A DNA stretch of 32,000 nt from Copranaerobaculum intestinale. Lineage in GTDB: Bacteria > Bacillota_I > Bacilli_A > Erysipelotrichales > Erysipelotrichaceae. The stretch spans positions 30,001-62,000 of the forward strand of contig NZ_WUUQ01000003.1 in the NCBI RefSeq assembly GCF_009831105.1. The letters run 5' to 3'. The number at the start of each line of letters is the position of its first letter. Positions within the stretch are counted from its first letter, which is position 1. Positions 25,136-32,000 of this stretch are shown here, in pieces. The position numbers and the translations under genes were made by a program. Below the pieces are notes generated by a model. It saw only the letters and a list, made by a program, of their open reading frames with translations, did no database searches and was not told the origin of the DNA.

Positions 25136-28100
25136 ATGCCAACCAAAGCTGAACTATATGCACAGATGGCGGAGAAGGTAACAACGCAGCTCACGGGGAG
25201 CTGGCAGGAATGGGCAGGGTTTCTCACCACTGCTTCCCGACTTTACAAGTACCCGTTCCATGAGCAGTTGATGATCTACGCCCAGCGTCCGGACGCCACC
25301 GCCTGTGCAGAGTACGATTTGTGGAATGAAAAGATGGGCCGGTATGTAAGGCGCGGCTCCAAGGGAATTGCTCTGGTGGACGATTCCGGGGACAGGCCCC
25401 GCCTGCGCTATGTTTTTGATATTTCCGACACCGGAACCCGTGAACATTCCCGCACTCCCTGGCTGTGGCAGCTGGAGGAGAGCCATTTGGATTCGGTGCA
25501 GGCCATGCTTGAGCGCACCTATGATGTTTCCGGTGATGACCTTGCCGGACAGCTCACCGAGGTAGCCGGAAAACTGGCTGAGAAATACTGGACGGAGCAT
25601 CAGCAGGACTTCTTCTATATCGTTGACGGTTCCTTTTTGGAGGAATATGATGAGTATAACATCGGAGTGCAGTTCAAGGCAGCCGCCACCGTCAGCATCA
25701 CTTACGCTTTGATGTCCCGCTGTGGACTGGAGCCGGAACGCTACTTCGACCACGAAGATTTCATGGCGATCTTTGATTTCAACACCCCGTCCACCATCGG
25801 GGCGCTGGGAACAGCGGTCAGCCAGATCAACCAGCAGGTGCTGAGGCAGATCGGCGTTACCGTCCGAAATGCAGAGCGCGAAGCCAACCAAGAAAGGAGC
25901 AAACAAGATGAACAATCCCATGACCTATATCCAGAACGGAGACTATCTGATTCCCGACCTGAAGCTGAGCCAGCAGCCGGAGAAACCCTTGGGCAAGTAC
26001 GGAAGGATGAGGAAAACCTACCTGAAGGAACACCGTCCCATCCTCTACAACCAGATGCTGCTGAGCGAGAAGCTGTACCCGCACCTTCTGGAGATCGACG
26101 AGACCGCCCAGAGCAGACTGGAGCAGATGATGCCCCAGCTGGCGAAGGAAGCGGGAGCCACCGAGGAACTGAAAGCCAGCGATCCCATGAAGTGGGTGGG
26201 GCTGATGAACACCTGCAAAGCTCAGGCCGAGGAAATCCTGATGGCGGAGCTTATCAACAGCTGACCCTAAACCTGTTCCTTTCCGAAGCGGAGCAGATCC
26301 AATCCATAGATGAAGCAGAGAATGTAGCGCATACATCCTCTGCTTTTTCTTTTGCCCAAAATGATATTGACCATGTGCTGCGTTTGGGCGGCAATACAGA
26401 TCGTCAGAGGGAGCGTGTGGTTGCAGCATTTGAAAAGCAGAAAACCACCGCTGAGATTGCCGAGATACTGAAAACGCTGTACCACGGCGGCAACGGCCTT
26501 GGCAGTGTGAGTGCATGGTATGCCGAGGATGGTATCCATCTTTCCCACGGGAAGTCTGTCCGTTATGACAGGTCTGCCCAGGTCATTTCCTGGGAGAGTG
26601 CCGCAGAGCGCATCGGGGAACTTTTGGAAAGTGGCCAGTTTGCCTCCAATGTGGAGCTTGCAGAAGCGGCAGGCTATGAACGCTCCCTCCTTGCAGAAAA
26701 ACTTTGGCATCTGTACCACGATTTCAGCGATAAAGCCAGAGATTCCGGGTATCTGTCCTGTCTGTCCGGTATTCAGAGAACCGGGTTCCCGGAAGAAACT
26801 GCATGGCTTGCCGAGCAGCTGAGTGACCCGGCTTTCCGCCAGACCCTCAAGGAAGAATACGCCGCCTTCTGGACTGCCTATCAGCAGGACCGTGACCTGT
26901 TGCGCTTTCATTACCATAGGCCAAGGGAAATTTGGGAGAACCTGAAGGATCTTGACCTGCCACGCAGAACTTTTTCTTCGGACCTTTCCCAAGTGCCAAT
27001 CGTCCAGCACTTTATTACCGAGGATGAGATCGACGCCGCCATGACCGGCGGAAGCAGTTTCGCCGGAGGAAAAGGCCGTATCTATGCGTTCTTCATGGCA
27101 AACCATACGGATAAGGAGAAAGTGAGATTCCTCAAAGACGAGTATGGCATTGGCGGACGCTCTCATGCCTTGTCCGGCGCAACACACAGCGGCGAAGATC
27201 ACGATGGGAAAGGACTGCACTATAAAAAGCAGGACTGCCCGGATGTTCACTTGAACTGGGAAAAGGTTGCCAAGCGCATTACCTCACTTGTCCAGAAAGA
27301 CCGCTATCTTACCGAACAGGAACAGGCGCAGTATGACAAAATCCAGGCTGAAAAGGAACTGGCAGAAGAAGATGTCATTCAAACACAGCAGCCGGAGGTG
27401 GAGAAAGAAACGCCAAAGCCTATCCTTCGGGAGCAGTTTGAGCAGTATAAGCCTGTGGTGACTGCCGCTATTTCCGAGGATGCCGCATACCGCAATGCCT
27501 GCGGGCATTCTGACCGTGAAAATGCTGTCATCGAGGGCAATGCCGCTGTGCGCCGTGCGGTTCTTGGTTCTAAGGATATGGAGCTGATCCGACTCTATTC
27601 GGATGTGCCGGAGTTCCGTCAGCGTCTGCACCGGGAAGTGATCGACGAGACCTATCCAAAGCTCCATGAACTTCTGCGCCCTCTTTCTCAGGAAGATATT
27701 GATACTGCCCTTTGTGCATGGAACGGCAATATCGAGAGTAAACACGCTGTTGTCCGCTATATGAAAGACCATGCAAGAGAAAAAGATACCGCCGCATGGC
27801 TGGCTCAGGAATACGGCGGCAGTAACAGCAACAGCCTGTTCGTTGTCCGTGCCGGCAGCCCGGAGGAAACGCAGCTGCCCTGGACGAAGGTACAGCGCAG
27901 GCTTGCCCAGCTCATTCAGGAGGACCGGTTCTATACCGAAGAAGAACAGGACCGTTTTGACGACATCGACCCCATCGCCATCCGGGAAGCTCTGGAGGAA
28001 AGAGGGATCGTCAACGGCCAGGTGGCAGACCCGGAAAAACTGGACAATGATCCGTTTATCCAACAGGTGATGTCGGATGTAGAGCAGATCGCAGCTGCTG

Positions 28101-31100
28101 AGACAGAGCAGACTTCCGAAGTTGCTATTTCCGATGAGGAATATGATGCAGTTCGCCGCCCAATTCCGCAAAGAACATCCTATGACCCAGCTGCCCCGGT
28201 CTATGCCGTGGGCGATACCGTGTATATCGAGGATGACGCCTATCAGATCACCGAGCTGCGGGAGGACACCGTACAGCTTCTGCCCACCGGGATGGTATAT
28301 CCCATCTACCGGGCAGAGCGCAAAGAACAGTTCGAGCAGCTGCTTCGGGCAGACCGCCGCAATGCTTACTATACCGAGTTTCTTCCTACTGACCCGGACA
28401 AGGCAGATCAGGACTTGCGGGATGTATTGGCTCATGGACTGATGGATGAAGCGGATAAAAAGCAGATTTCCACGCTGCTGCAATCCGGCAGGAGCAACAG
28501 CGAGATCGCCTACTGGCTGAGCAGAGCCTATTCCGGTGAGATCGAGACACTGAATCTGGAGACCGGCGATATTGCCGATTACCGTACCACGGCACAGGGC
28601 ATAGAACTGGAAGTCATGGATGCAGAGGAAAAGCGTCTGGCTATGCTGTATTTCCGCTGGGATGAGGTTGCGCCTTTGCTGCGCGGGATGTATGCCCGTC
28701 AGCAGGACGGTTTTGGACAGGAACAGCCCCAACCGGCTGCCGAATCCCCGGCCTTCCATTCCGAGACTGTGGCCGTCTATCCGGGCGATAAGAACAATCT
28801 GCCTTATGATGTGGTGGTGGAACGACTGCATATCGAGGAGCCGGAGCCGCCAGCCCCTGTGACTGAGCCGGAGAAAACCTTTGAGGAAGTGTTGGATGAA
28901 CACCCGGTTTCCATTCAGGTCAATGGCCAGTGGCAGACCTTTCCCAATGCCAAAGCTGCCGAGGAAGCATCTTATGAGGAATACAAGGCTAACCTGCGCC
29001 GCAATGCAAAAAACTTCCGCATTACCGATGAGCATTTGGGCGAAGGCGGTCCGAAAGCCAAGTTCCAGGCAAATGTCAATGCGATTCGTTTGCTGAAAGA
29101 GCTGGAAGCTGCCGGACAGCAGGCAAGCCCCGAACAGCAGGAGGTTCTTTCTCGATACGTGGGCTGGGGCGGTCTCTCTGATGCCTTTGACCCGGAGAAA
29201 CCGGCATGGGCTTTAGAGTATGCCCAGCTGAAAGAGCTGCTGACCACGGAGGAATATGCCGCCGCCAGAGGCTCCACCTTAAACGCCCATTACACCAGCC
29301 CTACGGTCATTCAGGCCATCTATGAAGCGGTGGACCGTATGGGATTTGAGACCGGAAATATTCTGGAGCCGTCTATGGGTGTGGGCAATTTCTTTGGTAT
29401 GCTGCCGGAGAAAATGCGAAACAGCCATTTGTACGGTGTGGAGCTGGACCCGGTTTCCGGGCGCATCGCAAAGCAGCTCTATCCCAAGGCGGACATCACA
29501 GTAGGCGGCTTTGAGACCACAGACAGGCGTGACTTCTTTGACCTTGCCATCGGCAATGTGCCGTTCGGTCAGTATCAGGTCAATGACAAAGCCTACAACA
29601 AGCTGAATTTCAGTATTCATAACTATTTTTTTGCCAAAGCACTCGACCAGGTGCGTCCCGGCGGTGTGGTAGCTTTTGTGACCTCTCGATATACCATGGA
29701 CGCCAAGGATTCCACCGTGCGCCGCTATCTTGCCCAGCGTGCTGAGCTGCTGGGAGCTATCCGTCTGCCTAATGACGCGTTCAAAAAGAATGCCGGTGCC
29801 GAGGTGGTATCGGACATCATCTTCCTCCAAAAACGGGACCGCCCGTTGGACATCGTGCCGGAATGGACCCAGACCGGACAGACGGAGGACGGGTTTGCCA
29901 TCAACCGGTATTTTATCGACCACCCGGAAATGGTGCTGGGCAGACAGGAGCCGGTAAGCACTGCACATGGTATGGACTACACCGTGAACCCCATCGAGGG
30001 ACTGAAGCTTTCCGACCAGCTGCATGATGCTGTGAAGTACATTCATGGCACTTATCAGGAGGCAGAGCTGCCGGAGCTGGGCGAAGGCGAAGCCATTGGC
30101 ACCTCCATTCCTGCCGATCCTAATGTGAAGAACTATTCTTATGCCATTGTAGACGGGCAGGTGTACTACCGGGAAAACAGCCGTATGGTGCGCCCTGACC
30201 TCAACACCACCGCAGAAGCCCGCGTAAAAGGTCTTGTGGGACTGCGTGATTGTGTGCAGGAACTGATCGACCTTCAGATGGATGCAGCGGTTCCAGACAG
30301 CACCATTACCCAAAAGCAGGCGGAACTGAACAGCCTCTATGACAGCTTTTCTGCCAAATACGGTCTCATCAATGACCGTGCAAACCGTCTGGCCTATGCA
30401 GACGATTCTTCCTATTACCTGCTCTGTGCGATGGAAGTCATCGACGAGGACGGAAAGCTGGAGCGCAAGGCAGATATGTTCACCAAGCGGACCATCAAGC
30501 CCCATCAGGCGGTGGCTGTGGTGGATACGGCAAGTGAAGCACTGGCGGTGTCCATCTCGGAAAAAGCCTGCGTGGATATGGACTATATGAGCCAGCTTAC
30601 CGGAAAAACAAAAGAAGAACTGGCCGGAGAGCTGCAAGGCGTAATCTTCCGTGTACCGGGACAGTTGGAGCAGGACGGAACGCCCCATTATGTGACCGCC
30701 GATGAATACCTTTCCGGCAATGTACGCCGCAAACTGCGTCAGGCGCAGCGGGCCGCACAGCAGGACCCGGTTTATGCAGTCAATGTGGAAGCTCTTAGCG
30801 CCGCCCAGCCCAAAGACCTGGATGCGTCGGAGATCGAGGTGCGTCTGGGCGCTACCTGGATCGACAAAGAGTACATCCAGCAGTTTATGTACGAAACCTT
30901 CAACACCCCGTTTTATCTCCAGCGCAGTATCGAGGTCAACTATTCGTCCTTTACCGCTGAATGGCAGATCAAGGGGAAATCTTCCGTATCCTACAACGAT
31001 GTGGCAGCCTACACCACCTACGGAACCAGCCGTGCCAATGCCTACAAGATTTTGGAGGACAGCCTGAACCTGCGGGATGTCCGTATCTATGACACCATAG

Positions 31101-32000
31101 AGGACGCAGACGGAAAAGAGCGCCGCGTGCTGAACGCCAAGGAGACCACCCTGGCTGCCCAAAAGCAGCAGGCTATCCGGGAAGCCTTCAAGGACTGGAT
31201 CTGGAGAGACCCGGAGCGCCGACAGACTCTGGTGCGCCAGTACAACGAGGAAATGAACTCCACCCGTCCCCGCGAGTATGATGGCAGCCACATCACTTTT
31301 GGGGGCATGAACCCGGCCATTACCCTGCGGGAACATCAGCTGAATGCCATTGCCCATGTGCTGTATGGCGGTAATACTCTGCTGGCACACGAAGTGGGCG
31401 CAGGCAAAACATTTGAGATGGTGGCCTCTGCGATGGAGGCTAAACGCCTGGGCTTATGCCAGAAATCTCTCTTTGTGGTTCCAAACCACCTGACCGAGCA
31501 GTGGGCGTCGGAGTTTCTGCGCCTCTATCCTTCTGCCAACATCTTAGTCACAACCAAAAAGGACTTTGAGACCCATAACCGCAAAAAGTTCTGCGCCCGT
31601 ATTGCCACCGGTAACTACGACGCCATCATCATGGGACACAGCCAGTTTGAGCGTATCCCCATCAGCCGGGAGCGTCAGGAACGGCTTCTCTATGAACAGA
31701 TCGACGAGATCACCGAGGGCATCGCAGAGGTGCAGGCCAGCGGCGGCGAGCGTTTTACCGTCAAGCAGCTGGAGCGTACCAGAAAGTCTCTGGAAGCCAG
31801 ACTGGAAAAGCTGCAAGCCGAGGGGCGAAAAGACGATGTGGTAACCTTCGAGCAGCTGGGTGTGGACCGTTTGTTTGTGGACGAGGCCCACAACTATAAA
31901 AACCTGTTTCTATACACAAAAATGCGGAATGTGGCTGGTCTTTCCACATCGGACGCGCAGAAATCCTCCGATATGTTTGCCAAGTGCCGCTATATGGATG
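25136..32000 (+). CDS. Giant polyvalent protein (more than 2288 aa, 3' end outside the window): ArdC-N-like domain, four diverged repeat modules, N6-adenine DNA methyltransferase, SNF2/DEAD helicase
   Basis: This gene is not in the ORF track because its frame (phase 2) has no stop before nt 32000. Every listed + ORF after 25136 is in phase 0. ATG 25136 lies 9-10 nt after GAAAGGAGGA. The ArdC-like part is YKYPFHEQLMIYAQRPDATACAEYDLWNEKMGRYVRRGSKGIAL. MTase motif I is ILEPSMGVGNFF (about 29357-29397) and motif IV is NVPF (29555-29566). The helicase has AHEVGAGKT (31391-31411) and DEAH (31880-31891). Confidence 0.85.
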   Translation, partial: MPTKAELYAQMAEKVTTQLTGSWQEWAGFLTTASRLYKYPFHEQLMIYAQRPDATACAEYDLWNEKMGRYVRRGSKGIALVDDSGDRPRLRYVFDISDTGTREHSRTPWLWQLEESHLDSVQAMLERTYDVSGDDLAGQLTEVAGKLAEKYWTEHQQDFFYIVDGSFLEEYDEYNIGVQFKAAATVSITYALMSRCGLEPERYFDHEDFMAIFDFNTPSTIGALGTAVSQINQQVLRQIGVTVRNAEREANQERSKQDEQSHDLYPERRLSDSRPEAEPAAGETLGQVRKDEENLPEGTPSHPLQPDAAEREAVPAPSGDRRDRPEQTGADDAPAGEGSGSHRGTESQRSHEVGGADEHLQSSGRGNPDGGAYQQLTLNLFLSEAEQIQSIDEAENVAHTSSAFSFAQNDIDHVLRLGGNTDRQRERVVAAFEKQKTTAEIAEILKTLYHGGNGLGSVSAWYAEDGIHLSHGKSVRYDRSAQVISWESAAERIGELLESGQFASNVELAEAAGYERSLLAEKLWHLYHDFSDKARDSGYLSCLSGIQRTGFPEETAWLAEQLSDPAFRQTLKEEYAAFWTAYQQDRDLLRFHYHRPREIWENLKDLDLPRRTFSSDLSQVPIVQHFITEDEIDAAMTGGSSFAGGKGRIYAFFMANHTDKEKVRFLKDEYGIGGRSHALSGATHSGEDHDGKGLHYKKQDCPDVHLNWEKVAKRITSLVQKDRYLTEQEQAQYDKIQAEKELAEEDVIQTQQPEVEKETPKPILREQFEQYKPVVTAAISEDAAYRNACGHSDRENAVIEGNAAVRRAVLGSKDMELIRLYSDVPEFRQRLHREVIDETYPKLHELLRPLSQEDIDTALCAWNGNIESKHAVVRYMKDHAREKDTAAWLAQEYGGSNSNSLFVVRAGSPEETQLPWTKVQRRLAQLIQEDRFYTEEEQDRFDDIDPIAIREALEERGIVNGQVADPEKLDNDPFIQQVMSDVEQIAAAETEQTSEVAISDEEYDAVRRPIPQRTSYDPAAPVYAVGDTVYIEDDAYQITELREDTVQLLPTGMVYPIYRAERKEQFEQLLRADRRNAYYTEFLPTDPDKADQDLRDVLAHGLMDEADKKQISTLLQSGRSNSEIAYWLSRAYSGEIETLNLETGDIADYRTTAQGIELEVMDAEEKRLAMLYFRWDEVAPLLRGMYARQQDGFGQEQPQPAAESPAFHSETVAVYPGDKNNLPYDVVVERLHIEEPEPPAPVTEPEKTFEEVLDEHPVSIQVNGQWQTFPNAKAAEEASYEEYKANLRRNAKNFRITDEHLGEGGPKAKFQANVNAIRLLKELEAAGQQASPEQQEVLSRYVGWGGLSDAFDPEKPAWALEYAQLKELLTTEEYAAARGSTLNAHYTSPTVIQAIYEAVDRMGFETGNILEPSMGVGNFFGMLPEKMRNSHLYGVELDPVSGRIAKQLYPKADITVGGFETTDRRDFFDLAIGNVPFGQYQVNDKAYNKLNFSIHNYFFAKALDQVRPGGVVAFVTSRYTMDAKDSTVRRYLAQRAELLGAIRLPNDAFKKNAGAEVVSDIIFLQKRDRPLDIVPEWTQTGQTEDGFAINRYFIDHPEMVLGRQEPVSTAHGMDYTVNPIEGLKLSDQLHDAVKYIHGTYQEAELPELGEGEAIGTSIPADPNVKNYSYAIVDGQVYYRENSRMVRPDLNTTAEARVKGLVGLRDCVQELIDLQMDAAVPDSTITQKQAELNSLYDSFSAKYGLINDRANRLAYADDSSYYLLCAMEVIDEDGKLERKADMFTKRTIKPHQAVAVVDTASEALAVSISEKACVDMDYMSQLTGKTKEELAGELQGVIFRVPGQLEQDGTPHYVTADEYLSGNVRRKLRQAQRAAQQDPVYAVNVEALSAAQPKDLDASEIEVRLGATWIDKEYIQQFMYETFNTPFYLQRSIEVNYSSFTAEWQIKGKSSVSYNDVAAYTTYGTSRANAYKILEDSLNLRDVRIYDTIEDADGKERRVLNAKETTLAAQKQQAIREAFKDWIWRDPERRQTLVRQYNEEMNSTRPREYDGSHITFGGMNPAITLREHQLNAIAHVLYGGNTLLAHEVGAGKTFEMVASAMEAKRLGLCQKSLFVVPNHLTEQWASEFLRLYPSANILVTTKKDFETHNRKKFCARIATGNYDAIIMGHSQFERIPISRERQERLLYEQIDEITEGIAEVQASGGERFTVKQLERTRKSLEARLEKLQAEGRKDDVVTFEQLGVDRLFVDEAHNYKNLFLYTKMRNVAGLSTSDAQKSSDMFAKCRYMD
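25908..26264 (+). CDS. tnpV: TnpV-family protein, nested out of frame inside the giant ORF
   Basis: MNNPMTYIQNGDYLIPDLKLSQQPEKPLGKYGRMRKTYLKEHRPILYNQMLLSEKLYPHLLEIDETAQSRLEQMMPQLAKE...ASDPMKWVGLMNTCKAQAEEIL matches my memory of TnpV proteins of clostridial transposons. It has its own RBS, GAAAGGAG, 7 nt upstream. Confidence 0.75.
   Translation: MNNPMTYIQNGDYLIPDLKLSQQPEKPLGKYGRMRKTYLKEHRPILYNQMLLSEKLYPHLLEIDETAQSRLEQMMPQLAKEAGATEELKASDPMKWVGLMNTCKAQAEEILMAELINS

Larger units (their letters stand above)
1662..32000. mobile_element. Integrative conjugative element (Tn1549/CTn2-like, Firmicutes MPF-FA type IV secretion), left end plus about 30 kb; right end outside the window
   Basis: GC content rises abruptly just after the rpsI terminator. 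A co-directional block follows: ParA/ParB, PcfB, T4CP, Maff2, VirB6-like, PrgI-like, VirB4, CHAP hydrolase, TopB and polyvalent methylase-helicase. The exact left boundary is not determinable without the other end. Confidence 0.85.

Noticed and set aside
25908-26264. tnpV as evidence for a Tn4451/Tn4453-type mobilisable transposon inserted here.
   Set aside because: No TnpX-like serine recombinase, resistance gene or terminal repeats flank it. Only the single small ORF is present, embedded in the larger reading frame.
25368-31844. Phase-0 + strand ORFs inside the giant gene (25368, 26511, 27267, 27771, 28122, 28620, 28881, 29322, 29730, 30339, 30702, 31566).
   Set aside because: All are Arg/Pro/Ser-rich off-frame translations without RBS or motifs. 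Only the phase-0 ORF at 25908-26264 (tnpV) has an SD and a recognisable family sequence.
1-32000. CRISPR arrays, tRNA/rRNA genes and IS elements with terminal inverted repeats.
   Set aside because: Reading through the window, I saw no regularly spaced direct repeats, no cloverleaf-like segments in the few intergenic gaps, and no transposase-like ORFs.

Overview
This window is a chromosome/ICE junction. Nt 1-1661 are AT-richer host DNA: the 3' part of a flavin-reductase/rubredoxin fusion gene, then rplM-rpsI with promoter, leader and terminators. Spot counts of single 60-nt lines give about 38% GC here against about 60% further in. From about nt 1662 to the window end lies about 30 kb of a Firmicutes conjugative element of the Tn1549/CTn2-like kind, with every credible gene on the + strand.

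Gene order in the element:
- parA-parB maintenance module
- wHTH replication-like gene
- pcfB
- VirD4/TraG coupling protein, split by a complete group II intron carrying an RT-maturase-HNH ORF
- Maff2, VirB6/TrbL-like, PrgI-like, VirB4, CHAP hydrolase, DUF4315-like, DUF4366-like and Cys-rich proteins
- topoisomerase III
- two polyvalent proteins: primase Zn-finger/ArdC-like/HExxH, then ArdC-like/repeat modules/N6-methyltransferase/SNF2 helicase

No relaxase or integrase is present, so the element continues past nt 32000. The long minus-strand ORFs in the track are antisense artefacts of GC-rich codon usage.

Main points for a second look:
1. The last gene (25136 to beyond 32000) is missing from the ORF track because it has no stop in the window. 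A complete TnpV-family ORF with its own RBS is nested inside it in another reading frame.
2. An AT-richer, membrane-anchored ORF (18418-19110) looks like a stand-alone copy of the coupling protein's all-alpha domain.
3. The coupling protein can only be made full-length after intron splicing.

All family names come from my recollection of motifs, not from searches.
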